Shown here: positions 15,796 to 25,136 of the stretch, in pieces
How the letters are laid out: each line of letters opens with the position of its first letter
Numbering within the stretch: position 1 is the first letter of the stretch
From: a virus
Taxonomy: Duplodnaviria; Caudoviricetes
Virus record (IMG/VR): IMGVR_UViG_3300020045_003265
Span: 1-25,478 of that record
Length of the DNA stretch: 25,478 bases
Strand: one strand, 5' to 3'
Made by a program: the position numbers and the translations under genes
The notes under the pieces: generated by a model
What the model was told of the DNA's origin: nothing
What the model saw: only the letters and a program-made list of their open reading frames with translations
Databases searched by the model: none

Positions 15796-17241
15796 ATGGT
15801 GTTCCTTGGCTTATTTGACGGGGAACTAAGATCAGATGCTTGGTTTGATGCTGACTTACAGCAAGCAGCTTGGTTTGATACCGATGTTGTTAATGTGCAA
15901 CAAGATATTGGAGTGGATACTAACGTATCACTAGGTAGTGTAAGCTCAAGCACACAGATTGGCTTACAAGTTATTAGGGGAGATTCACAGGTTGTACTTA
16001 CTGGTATTAATGATACAACGAGTATTAATACTGTATTACCTTTTGGTAATTCATCAGTACAACTTAGCACAATACAAGCGCAATCAAGCGTAAATCAGTT
16101 TGTACTGTATAGTAGTGCTATTGTGGTATTGCAAAGCAGTCATTGTGCAACAAGTGTAGGTGTAATTACAGCAAGCTCAACAGGGTCTGCTGAAGTACAA
16201 CTTAACGGAGTACAAGGTACTTCACAAGTAAGTGAACTTATCTTAACAGGTAATGCTGTTAAATCTCTAACTGGTCTACAAAGTTCATCTGGTTTAGGCA
16301 GTATTACAGCTAGTGCAAATACCAGCACAACACTGATCTCCTCTCAAGCTAGTACAAGCACACAGCCATTGAATGCTTCTGGTACAGCTACTAAAGCATT
16401 ACCAAGTACACAAGCTAGTCAGTCTGTTGGAAGTATAAGTACAAGTGCTTCAAGTGTTACCTCTTTAGTTGGCAGTCTAGGTGCTACACAGATACAAGGA
16501 TTATCTTTAAGCGGTACTTCGGTAGTCAATGTACTTGGAACTCAAGCTGTAACAAGCTTAGGTACTTTAAATGCACTAGGAAGTGCCTACAGCAGCATTG
16601 GAACAGTACTTGGTACATCAGGTACTGGTAACTTACTTAATGCAGCTACAGCCTTTGTATTACTTCAAGGTAGCAATAGTAGTTCTAATGTTGGACTGAT
16701 CCAAGCTACTGCGGAGTCCTCTGTTGGAGCTAATGTAGCATTGATAGGTATTTCTGCTAGTTCAGTTCTAAGCTCTGTGTTTTCTTCTGGTACTTCTGTT
16801 GTTGCATTAACTAGTACAAGCTCAACAAGTGCCGTAGGTAATACAACACAAACGGCTAGTGCTAATAAGGTATTCCAAGGTGTTAACTCAGTTACTTCTG
16901 TTGGTGTATTACACGCTAGTGGTATCGTAAACGTATCATTTAGTCTACAAAGTATATCAAGTGATACACAAATCAATAACTTGGTATTATCTGGAAGCTC
17001 AGTAACTAACCTTCAAGCACTTAATGCTGTATCAAGCATAAACAACTTGAGTATTATTGCTGAAGCACTTGCTTTGATATATGGTTGTGAAGGTATTACT
17101 GAAGTATCAAATATAGTACCTGAATCAAGTACATTTGACTTAATCAGAAAGTACACAAACAAAACAACTGAGCTAAAGCTAGGTAGTATTTATAAAACAA
17201 AAGTACAGACTGTGTATAACTCAATTAACAAACTAAAGTAA
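15796..17241 (+). CDS. Ser/Thr/Gly-rich fibre-like protein with about 22-aa degenerate repeats
   Basis: Consecutive units such as LTGLQSSSGLGSITASANTSTT / LISSQASTSTQPLNASGTATKA / LPSTQASQSVGSISTSASSVTS. Confidence 0.7.
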   Translation: MVFLGLFDGELRSDAWFDADLQQAAWFDTDVVNVQQDIGVDTNVSLGSVSSSTQIGLQVIRGDSQVVLTGINDTTSINTVLPFGNSSVQLSTIQAQSSVNQFVLYSSAIVVLQSSHCATSVGVITASSTGSAEVQLNGVQGTSQVSELILTGNAVKSLTGLQSSSGLGSITASANTSTTLISSQASTSTQPLNASGTATKALPSTQASQSVGSISTSASSVTSLVGSLGATQIQGLSLSGTSVVNVLGTQAVTSLGTLNALGSAYSSIGTVLGTSGTGNLLNAATAFVLLQGSNSSSNVGLIQATAESSVGANVALIGISASSVLSSVFSSGTSVVALTSTSSTSAVGNTTQTASANKVFQGVNSVTSVGVLHASGIVNVSFSLQSISSDTQINNLVLSGSSVTNLQALNAVSSINNLSIIAEALALIYGCEGITEVSNIVPESSTFDLIRKYTNKTTELKLGSIYKTKVQTVYNSINKLK

Positions 17242-17359
17242 GGTATGTATGCAAGAAAATGAAGTAATACAAAGTGTTACTAAGTTGTATGTATCTTTTA
17301 GTTCTGTTAATAAAGTACAACTACAACAACATTTACAAACACAGATTAAAGGTAGTAAT

Positions 17360-17635
17360 ATGATTTACACAGGAGATACAGGTACTATTGTTAGGCTTGA
17401 TACTTTAACTGATATAACAACAGCTACTTCACTTGTAATTAAAGTAAAGAAACCAAGTGGAGTTAGTGCTACTTGGGTAGCTACATTAGAAGGTACTACA
17501 GTATTGAAATACATTTCAGTAAATGGTGACTTCAATGAATCAGGTACTTACAAGATGCAACCACAAGTAGTTATGCCGGGGTTTACTGGTAGTGGTGATA
17601 TTACTCAAGTACAAGTAGATAGCACTTTAGCTTAA
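17360..17635 (+). CDS. BppU N-terminal-like Ig-fold adaptor protein
   Basis: GDTG...L...DIT.A......KKPSG......Y....GD....G.Y pattern; start probably ATG 17360 after AAAGGTAG (ORF track start 17249 also possible). Confidence 0.55.
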   Translation: MIYTGDTGTIVRLDTLTDITTATSLVIKVKKPSGVSATWVATLEGTTVLKYISVNGDFNESGTYKMQPQVVMPGFTGSGDITQVQVDSTLA

Positions 17636-17643
17636 GGACAACA

Positions 17644-18087
17644 ATGAGTATCACACAAGTACAAGACATTAGGTTGATGATTGGAGACTTTGATCCTGCG
17701 TTACCATTTCTAACTGATAGTGTCATAGAATATTATCTAAGTAAGAATAACAACAGCACTAACAGAGCAGCTATTGATTGTGCTAGAGCTGTACTTATGA
17801 TGTTAAGTGTCAGATCAGACGAAAGCGTTGACATTTTTAGCACTAAGTCCAGTAAGACTTCAGCAACTTATATAGCAGCTTTACAGTTATTCCTGAAAGA
17901 CCCTAGCCTTAACCCTGTCTATCAGAATGTACAAGGTTATGCTAGTGGTATCTCTGTTAGTGACATCAACAACAATAACTTAAACTCAGACAATGTAGCT
18001 GCTTGGAGTCCATTCTTAGGTTGTACAACAGCATCTCAGTTTGATACTCCATTTACTAACCTAAGCTATCCATCAAGGCTCTTATGA
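17644..18087 (+). CDS. head-tail adaptor/connector
   Basis: IRLMIGD....PFLTD..I.YYL......RAA motif; TAAGGA SD. Confidence 0.75.
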   Translation: MSITQVQDIRLMIGDFDPALPFLTDSVIEYYLSKNNNSTNRAAIDCARAVLMMLSVRSDESVDIFSTKSSKTSATYIAALQLFLKDPSLNPVYQNVQGYASGISVSDINNNNLNSDNVAAWSPFLGCTTASQFDTPFTNLSYPSRLL

Positions 18088-18434
18088 CACCAGCAGAAAG
18101 AGCAACAATAAGAGCTATTAATACTCACGGTCTAGCTTGTACTTACTCTAAGGTAGCTAGTGTTTACGATGTAGAAACTTCAGTAGCTACTAAGACTTTA
18201 ACTAGCTACTCAACTAAAGCTTATAAGCAACATTTAAAAGCTACTCAGTTTCATTATCCTAGCTTGATAAGTAAAGATGCTGCTTTGTTTCTGTTGAGTG
18301 GTTATGAGTTAGGTTTTACTCCTGAAGTAGAAGATCAAATCCAACAAGGTAGTGATATTTACAAAGTACAACAGATTCAAGAGCATAGTGCTTATGGTGG
18401 TGTTTTCTTGTATAAATTAGCTTGCATCAAGTAA
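18084..18434 (+). CDS. head closure (stopper) protein
   Basis: 116 aa after the adaptor; YDVETS, P...D.I and Y.V..I patterns. Confidence 0.7.
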   Translation: MTPAERATIRAINTHGLACTYSKVASVYDVETSVATKTLTSYSTKAYKQHLKATQFHYPSLISKDAALFLLSGYELGFTPEVEDQIQQGSDIYKVQQIQEHSAYGGVFLYKLACIK

Positions 18435-18443
18435 AGGCAATGG

Positions 18444-19160
18444 ATGATTAATTATTTAAATAAATTGAAGTACTTTGTAGTAGCTTTGTTTATTACTTTC
18501 AGTTTTAACTGTTTAGCACAAGAAGATGAAGTACCTAAGCTCTACGAAGGTAAAGTAACTGTTTTGACTGGTGTATCAAAGTACCAGAAGCAAGGTGATG
18601 GAATATGGTATCAAGAAGCCTTTCCTTATGAGCTAAAACTCAATACTAACAGTGTAGGTATCAGGTACGACACAAAGCCAAAGGATAATGTTTCTTACGG
18701 CTTTGGCTACATGAAACTAGGCGGTGTTAGCTCTTATGCTAAAGCAACTGCTAAGGACAATACATCACCCGGTGATGATGGCTACAGTCCAGATTTAAAA
18801 GGTTGTGACGGCACTTGTTGGCCTTTGAGTACATGGTACGGTAAAGGTGATGTTCAAGGTGTCTTTGGAGCGGCTAAGTACCACAGTGGCCCTTGGGCAG
18901 TAGAAGCTGGTGTATATGCTTATAAGCCAAGCTGGAGCATGAAGATTCCTGATTACATTAGCTGTAGAGATTGTCAACCAGTTTATCTAGAAGTAAACCA
19001 CAAAGAAGATATTCAAATTGGCCCTATGCTTGGTTTAAGTTACACAAAAGAACCTTGGTCATTGCACTTGAGTACTTGGAGAGTTAATGTAAACGGTGAT
19101 GAATGGATTCCAGTATGGACAGGTTGGACTACTAATTTATCGCTTGGATATAGCTTCTAG
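18444..19160 (+). CDS. predicted outer-membrane beta-barrel protein (moron)
   Basis: Sec signal peptide ending CLA-Q; amphipathic aromatic-rich strands; C-terminal NLSLGYSF BAM beta-signal. Confidence 0.75.
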   Translation: MINYLNKLKYFVVALFITFSFNCLAQEDEVPKLYEGKVTVLTGVSKYQKQGDGIWYQEAFPYELKLNTNSVGIRYDTKPKDNVSYGFGYMKLGGVSSYAKATAKDNTSPGDDGYSPDLKGCDGTCWPLSTWYGKGDVQGVFGAAKYHSGPWAVEAGVYAYKPSWSMKIPDYISCRDCQPVYLEVNHKEDIQIGPMLGLSYTKEPWSLHLSTWRVNVNGDEWIPVWTGWTTNLSLGYSF

Positions 19161-19164
19161 TTGT

Positions 19165-19656
19165 ATGTCTGTATCAGTAAATACAAAAGCCACTGAAGCC
19201 TCTCTTGAGAAGTACAAACAACAACTAGAGCAGAAGTTCATTAAGCTTTCAAAGAGGCTTTCTTTTGTAGTAGCTCAAAGTGCTATCGAGGTAACACCTT
19301 ATGGTGATGTGGACAGATATAGAGGATTATATGAGTACCGTAAGGCTACTAAAGGTTATGAGATACAAGCAGGTCTAGCCAAGGGTTCTTGGACTGTTCA
19401 AGTGGGTTCTAGTGCTTCTAAAGGGGCTATCTTTTACGATGACAGACAAGGCTCTGAAGCACTTGGTAGTGCTATTGGTAATGTCCAGTCATTCAAGCTA
19501 GGTGATAGTATTTATATTAATAACACCTTAGATTACATCAAGCAACTTGAAAATGGTTACTCGCAGCAAGCACCACAAGGAATGCTAAAGCCAGTTATGG
19601 AACATATCAAAGCTGTTTATAAGATTAATTTACAGCAGGTACTTGATGCTGATTAG
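19165..19656 (+). CDS. neck/tail-completion protein (HK97 gp10-like)
   Basis: TP...G.AKGSW and IYINN.LDYI..LE.GYSQQAP.GM motifs; start ATG 19165. Confidence 0.8.
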   Translation: MSVSVNTKATEASLEKYKQQLEQKFIKLSKRLSFVVAQSAIEVTPYGDVDRYRGLYEYRKATKGYEIQAGLAKGSWTVQVGSSASKGAIFYDDRQGSEALGSAIGNVQSFKLGDSIYINNTLDYIKQLENGYSQQAPQGMLKPVMEHIKAVYKINLQQVLDAD

Positions 19657-19683
19657 AGTAGATAACAACAAAGGAATAAATAA

Positions 19684-21468
19684 ATGACAAAAACAGTAAC
19701 TGAGTACAGTGTGGATGTTGGCGGTAATACAACTGTAGAGTACAGTGATGGTACTACGAACAAGTTTAATATTACGGATGCTGTAACGGCTCAGACTAAT
19801 CCTGTCACCGGGGGGGTTGAATTTTTAACAGGCGGCGCCCGTATTTACATGGACAGCAGCCTGTCATTGAATTCCTTTGGCTCTCCTGATGTAAATGGAT
19901 GCTGGTCGGCTGTGTTTCAGGCTGCGAACGACCACTTAGTAAGCCTTGCAGCCGAGCGCGGTACGTTCGACGGCTTGCCAAGTATTCGGGTCCAGTCCGC
20001 CGTTTTCAAAATGCTGACTGGCGTGGTCTTTGCGCCCAATGTCAAATTTGTCGCTGAAGGATCGTTCACCCTTGACTTCAGTACAGCCGGGGCGGGCGTC
20101 GGTGGTATATCAATATCAGGCTATGCTGGCGGTCCTGCCTCTGATAGCTACGGTTTTACAGGTCACGTCCTATCAGCTCCAGCGGGAACGATACACATCG
20201 CAGGGCCGGGGCGTGAGGTGTCAACTGCTGTGGCTATCACAATCGGCAATGCGTCTGCTGGCCTGTCGATTTGCCGAGAAGTCGGCTTGTCAAATTTGAG
20301 TGTGACAGGATGGGGGACGGCGCTAGAGTTCAGGAAGTACGACACTTACCTGTTTCACGCCGAGACATGCAGGTTTGAACGCAATTTCAACGGCATCAAA
20401 ACTCCATCGGGCGCAGTGTCAAACTCAGGCGAAAGAATGTCCTTTCGGTCTTGTGTGTTCGCACAAACGGGAGTCACTGGGGCGCTTGTTACCCATGCTT
20501 GCGACACGTTTAATCTGTCCTTCAATGACTGCTCCTTTGATTTCTTTCACACGTTGTTGTGCTGCAAAAGTGGCGCAACATACGCAAAAGTTAGCTTCAA
20601 CGAGTCCCACATGGAGGGTGTTGATGGGTACTTGGTTGATTGGCAGTCTTTCGGCGAAAACTTCTTTGTCGAAATCAATGGCGGCACGATTCTCCCAACA
20701 CCGTTCAACGCAACGGCGGCGTATCACGCCAGTCCTTCGAGGGACTTATTCAATTTCTCAGGGTCGGAGGGTGTTGAGGTGCATATTGACAATGCACCGA
20801 TCCTCTATACGAAGCCACCGATCACGGATTATCCGCGCTTGTCGGGTGGCTCAGTCGCAGCAAGCGGAAAGAACTTGCTGAAGGTGACAGGGCACAGGTC
20901 TTACTCGTTCAATCCACTGTTGATTGAGTCAATCGCAAACGATGACCACAACTTTGCGGAAAACGCTGCGGGTACTGCAATGGCCGCGCTAACGGGCTGG
21001 AGTCTGCCGGATAGCGGGAATGTGAGTGGTTCGTCTGTCATTACCCACGGCGGGCGAAATGTCCTAAAAATTACATCTACAGCCCTTGTCGGCAGTTACG
21101 CGGTGTTGTCAAGCAAGGTTTCGTTTCCTGTCCACCCGGGTGGACTTTTGTTTACAAGCGCAGCTGTCAGTTTGTCGGGACTCGATCTTACTGGTGCGGC
21201 TGCTGGTGATCCAGCCCTTGAGGTTGGTGTCCAGTTTTTGCGCCAAGATGGCTCCGTGCTCTCAACCAAGACGCTGGCTACGGCAATTGGCAACGTGTTT
21301 GCCGACTCAAGCGCCGGGAACTTTGGGGAGGGTGCCGCTCGGTTTATTTCTACATCGCCTTTCCCATTCTCAGTGCCACCAGGCGCGAGAACAGCAAAGG
21401 CGTATTGTGTGTTCTCGAAGTTCAAGGGTGATTTGCTTGTGTCTAACCTATGCGTGTCGGCTCAGTAA
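19684..21468 (+). CDS. tailspike/depolymerase-like receptor-binding protein
   Basis: Short N-terminal anchor, then pectin-lyase-like beta-helix strands (AVFQAA, NSGERMSFRSCVF, FNDCSFDF) and a C-terminal jelly-roll-like region; GC-rich from about 19801. Confidence 0.75.
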   Translation: MTKTVTEYSVDVGGNTTVEYSDGTTNKFNITDAVTAQTNPVTGGVEFLTGGARIYMDSSLSLNSFGSPDVNGCWSAVFQAANDHLVSLAAERGTFDGLPSIRVQSAVFKMLTGVVFAPNVKFVAEGSFTLDFSTAGAGVGGISISGYAGGPASDSYGFTGHVLSAPAGTIHIAGPGREVSTAVAITIGNASAGLSICREVGLSNLSVTGWGTALEFRKYDTYLFHAETCRFERNFNGIKTPSGAVSNSGERMSFRSCVFAQTGVTGALVTHACDTFNLSFNDCSFDFFHTLLCCKSGATYAKVSFNESHMEGVDGYLVDWQSFGENFFVEINGGTILPTPFNATAAYHASPSRDLFNFSGSEGVEVHIDNAPILYTKPPITDYPRLSGGSVAASGKNLLKVTGHRSYSFNPLLIESIANDDHNFAENAAGTAMAALTGWSLPDSGNVSGSSVITHGGRNVLKITSTALVGSYAVLSSKVSFPVHPGGLLFTSAAVSLSGLDLTGAAAGDPALEVGVQFLRQDGSVLSTKTLATAIGNVFADSSAGNFGEGAARFISTSPFPFSVPPGARTAKAYCVFSKFKGDLLVSNLCVSAQ

Positions 21469-21538
21469 TTGACAAATCTAATCCCTTCTGCACAAAGATT
21501 AGAAATAAACAAGTAACTAACAAGAAAGTGAGGTACTT

Positions 21539-21946
21539 ATGGCTTTACCTAGAATTAAAGTAGCTCTTGAGAAAGCTATCAAAGCTCTTGATCCTAGCTT
21601 CAGTACAGCTTATGAAAACGTAGAGTTCACTCCACAAGCAAACACTCCTTATCAGGATATTCAAATAGTCCCAAGAGCACCAGATAATCAGACTGTAGGG
21701 TCTGGTTATTATAGAGAAGTCGGAGAACTTCAGGTGTTCTTGAGCTATCCAAGTAATACAGGTACTTCAGCTTGTATGCTTAAAGCAGTACAACTAAGAG
21801 ATTACTTCAAGAGAGGTAATACTTATAGTAATGCTGGGATTGATGTGAATATTATGAAAACACCAAGTATCTCAAGTGGTAGTGTTATCGGAGATAGGTA
21901 TGTTGTTGTGGTAGTGATTAACTACAGTGCGGGGGTCTTTAAATAA
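21539..21946 (+). CDS. tail terminator protein
   Basis: AYENVEFTP, G.LQVFL.YP...G and YFKRG motifs; precedes the tail tube; GAGGT SD. Confidence 0.8.
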   Translation: MALPRIKVALEKAIKALDPSFSTAYENVEFTPQANTPYQDIQIVPRAPDNQTVGSGYYREVGELQVFLSYPSNTGTSACMLKAVQLRDYFKRGNTYSNAGIDVNIMKTPSISSGSVIGDRYVVVVVINYSAGVFK

Positions 21947-22124
21947 GTTTAAAGCCCTAGGAGTGTTTAAGGCTTAGTGCTGGTTATGAATTAGCAGTGA
22001 AGAAAGAATAAGACACTGAAGGCAGATTGGCTTATCAGTGCGGTTAAGGTGTAGCACTTAGGTGTTATCAGTAAGTACAAGCATAATATATGCTTTTGGT
22101 TTTATAAATAATAAGGAAATATCT

Positions 22125-23339
22125 ATGACAATTGCAACAGGCGTAACAAAGTCAGTAATCATTAAAGAAGAAACTACTTGGGGTACTCTTGCAGGTTCCT
22201 CTGGTGGTCAAGTAATGAGGAGATTGACTTCCGACTTCAATTTATCGAAGGATAGTTACAAATCAAACGAAATCAGAACAGATCGTCAAACAGTAGATAT
22301 GCGCCACGGAATGCGTAAAGTGGATGGCACTATTAACCAAGAGCTTGCTCCCGGTAGTGCTAGTAAAATGATTGCAGCAATCCTCTGTAAGGACTTCGCA
22401 GTAGGTGCTACAGCAACTTCGCTTTCATTGACAATTACAACTTCTGGTAGCACTTATGTACTAACTAGAGCAACGGGGTCTTTCATTACTGATTCCTTCA
22501 AGGTAGGCTCAGTTTTAAGATTATCTGTTGGTACGCTCAACGCCGCTAATATCAACAAGAATCTTATGATTGTTGGTGTAACCGCTCTAGCTTTGACTGT
22601 TGTAACACTTAATGGTTCTACAATGGTTAATGAAGGGCCGGTGGCAAATGTGACAGCCTCTACCCCAGGGAAACAGACTTTCATTCCACAGACTGCACAA
22701 ACAGATCGTTCATTCACTGTGGAGCAATTCTTCAGTAATATCAGCCAATCTGAAGTTTACACAGGTTGTAAAGTTGCTTCTGTAGCACTGAACCTTCCTT
22801 CGACCGGTTTGGCAACTTGTAACACAACTCTACAAGGTAAAGACCTAGCATTGACTGGAACTAGCCAATACTTTACAGCACCTACTGCACAGACTACTAC
22901 TGGTGCTCTTAGTGCTGTTAATGGCGTGTTGTGGGTTAATGGTGAGCAAGCTGCTGTCCTTACCGGATTGACTATTAACATTGCTAAAACACTAACACCT
23001 GCTGGAGTGATTGGTAGTAACGTTAGCGCAGATGTATTCAGTGGTCAACTAAGCGTAAGTGGTAATGCAGCTGTTTGGTTTATTGATGATATTTATCGTA
23101 ATATCTTCGTTAATGAAACAGAAGTAGCTATCTCTTTTGCTATCACTACTGGTAATACTGCCGCTGCTGATTTCATTGCGGTGTCACTTCCACGTTGTAA
23201 ATTCAAGACAGCTACCACGTCAGATAGTGCAGATGGTATCAGTGGATCGCACGACTTCGATGCATTGCTTAATGTAGCCGGTGGCACTGGAATGACTACA
23301 GAGCTGACAACTATTGTCGTACAGGATAGTGCTGCTTAA
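22125..23339 (+). CDS. major tail tube protein
   Basis: EETTWG, S.EIR.DRQ, SFTVEQ.F and YTGCKV motifs; start ATG 22125 after TAAGGA. Confidence 0.88.
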   Translation: MTIATGVTKSVIIKEETTWGTLAGSSGGQVMRRLTSDFNLSKDSYKSNEIRTDRQTVDMRHGMRKVDGTINQELAPGSASKMIAAILCKDFAVGATATSLSLTITTSGSTYVLTRATGSFITDSFKVGSVLRLSVGTLNAANINKNLMIVGVTALALTVVTLNGSTMVNEGPVANVTASTPGKQTFIPQTAQTDRSFTVEQFFSNISQSEVYTGCKVASVALNLPSTGLATCNTTLQGKDLALTGTSQYFTAPTAQTTTGALSAVNGVLWVNGEQAAVLTGLTINIAKTLTPAGVIGSNVSADVFSGQLSVSGNAAVWFIDDIYRNIFVNETEVAISFAITTGNTAAADFIAVSLPRCKFKTATTSDSADGISGSHDFDALLNVAGGTGMTTELTTIVVQDSAA

Positions 23340-23352
23340 ACAGTAGACGTAG

Positions 23353-23406
23353 AAAAGCCCCTAGAGGACTACAAGGTATTAACCAAGTGGCTCCCTAGGG
23401 GCTTTT
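23353..23406. terminator. bidirectional intrinsic terminator between convergent genes
   Basis: AAAAGCCCCTAG / CTAGGGGCTTTT perfect 12-bp inverted repeat. Confidence 0.8.
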
Positions 23407-23407
23407 A

Positions 23408-23779
23408 TTATTTAACACAGATACCATAAGCAATAACAATTACATTGTCTACTTGATTACGTCCAATTACGGCTGCTTTCTTTTCACAAGCATATGGGTA
23501 TTTGTATGAACCACATTGAGCTCTATACACAGGACACCCAGCAGATTGCCACACTACCAAGGCTTGTTGATTCTTTAAAGATTCTTTGTCTCTTTGTTGT
23601 GATGACCAATTAATATATAAAGCCAGTACCGTAAGTAGTATCAATAAACTACACATTGAGTTTTTCTTACTCTTGTGTTTTCCAGCACTCCCGGATAAGA
23701 AGAAGAACACCCCTACCGAACTGGCCACTACCGAGATAGCTGTAAGTAAGAGAACCATGAAAACAACTGCATCTGACAT
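23408..23779 (-). CDS. hypothetical two-transmembrane protein
   Basis: AAAGGA SD; two hydrophobic helices; Cys-rich C-terminus; extended -10 TGTGATATACT just upstream. Confidence 0.65.
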   Translation of the reverse strand: MSDAVVFMVLLLTAISVVASSVGVFFFLSGSAGKHKSKKNSMCSLLILLTVLALYINWSSQQRDKESLKNQQALVVWQSAGCPVYRAQCGSYKYPYACEKKAAVIGRNQVDNVIVIAYGICVK

Positions 23780-23939
23780 TCTATATCCTTTAGTTAAAAC
23801 ATAAGTATATCACATCTTGTCCGCATGGCATTGACTTCATAGCCTTATGCACTCCGTAAGGACTACAGCTACTTTAACTATTCTTCTTCTTATTCTCTTA
23901 CCTATCTTTGTATTTTACTTAATTACTTTATACTTCTTA

Positions 23940-24315
23940 GTTACTTACTAATTACCTACTAAGTTATATACTGCGGAAGGTTCTGCCAAATGAGAGTCCT
24001 TTTAGGAGGACAGCTATAAGTACACGTTGTACAAGCCATCTTCCTAAAAGAGGATTCACATCTAACACAACCTTCCAATATGCGGATAGGACTGCCTAAA
24101 CATACTGTCATAACAATCAAAGCAGGTCTATAGATATTAGAATGCCACCTTGATTACCTTTCACTTGACAGACTGACAACACTCGTCATCAGGAGATAGT
24201 GTGGGATTACTGGTCAATTTAGCAGACCTAAGAATGATTACTCGTGTGAAGCGAAGATTGTGTGAATCGCATTGTGCTAAGACATCCGTCAAAGCCTACC
24301 ACTTCTATTACCCAT
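23940..24315 (-). ncRNA. putative structured ncRNA or origin-associated transcript, copy B
   Basis: Begins ATGGGTA 7 nt after the -10; same motifs and spacing as 3927-4290; 3' end uncertain. Confidence 0.65.
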
Positions 24316-24321
24316 TTACGT

Positions 24322-24350
24322 ATTGTATCACCGTACGTGCATGTTGTCAA
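24322..24350 (-). promoter_or_regulatory. sigma70-type promoter driving non-coding element copy B
   Basis: TTGACA-17 nt-TACAAT with TG extended -10 on the minus strand. Confidence 0.8.
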
Positions 24351-24639
24351 TTAAATTAAGCATAAACCCAAGAGGAAGTTAAAAGAAAGTTAAATAAAGC
24401 ATCAACAAGCTGCTCAGTAGCCTCTACAACAAACTCAACACATAGTGATACTTCTTAGAGCGATTAGATAGGCGTTATATCAAGCGTTATCACTAAAGCA
24501 ATGCAGACGTAGCCTAGACTAGCTCAAGGCTGCTATAGACCGTTTAAACAAGCCCTAATGCTTTAGTGCTTGTATTTACAGACTAAGCATAGCCTTATAA
24601 CACTATTTAGGAGTTCTTTTAAGTTCTTTAGTGAAATAA

Positions 24640-24668
24640 TTGACATTTAGTTCCTAGAGTGATATAAT
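24640..24668 (+). promoter_or_regulatory. consensus sigma70 promoter for the tail chaperone operon
   Basis: TTGACA-17 nt-TATAAT with TG extended -10. Confidence 0.85.
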
Positions 24669-24704
24669 CCAACTATCATAAACAACTAAGGATATAAAAA
24701 ACCT

Positions 24705-25136
24705 ATGGCTACTAAATCTCAAGCAACTACTGTCGTGTACAACTTTGCTCAGAACTCACTCTCTAAGACTGCTGAAGCAGGTGTTGAACTGAAGATTGTT
24801 CTCCCTAATGGTGTTGACACTGGAGCAGTGATTACTGTTCGTGGTGAACAAGCACCTTCTGTTAAGGCTTATGGTCGTAAGCTCTACCAAGAATACAACA
24901 TGAAGCGCCAAGCAGCTATTGCTCGCAAGCGTGAACCAGAAGAACTCACACTGGAAGAAGCTGAAGCACTTGCTGTAGAAGCTGCTGTAGTGCGTACTAT
25001 CGGTTGGTCAGGTGTTGGTAATGATGATGGGGCTATTCCATTCTCTCCAGAAGCAGCACGTAAGTTCTACCAAGAGAACTCATGGATTCAAGAACTTGTG
25101 ACAGAGGAATCCAAGAACTCATTTCGCTTTTGTTGA
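24705..25136 (+). CDS. tail assembly chaperone (gpG-like)
   Basis: Follows the tail tube; I.VRG..AP, RTIGWSGV, IPFSPEAA...Y and W motifs; TAAGGA SD. Confidence 0.85.
   Translation: MATKSQATTVVYNFAQNSLSKTAEAGVELKIVLPNGVDTGAVITVRGEQAPSVKAYGRKLYQEYNMKRQAAIARKREPEELTLEEAEALAVEAAVVRTIGWSGVGNDDGAIPFSPEAARKFYQENSWIQELVTEESKNSFRFC

Noticed and set aside
20030-21472. Several alternative-frame ORFs inside the tailspike gene
   Set aside because: Expected from stop-codon scarcity in the GC-rich segment; no SD or protein-like motifs
21945-22070. Possible third phased-DNA tract between the tail terminator and tail tube genes
   Set aside because: Periodicity is weak by eye and there is no associated promoter or RNA motif
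6585-22110. T4-type late promoter TATAAATA before the putative terS (6585-6592) and tail tube (22103-22110)
   Set aside because: An all-A/T 8-mer is expected a few times by chance at this AT content; the exact motif is absent before the MCP gene
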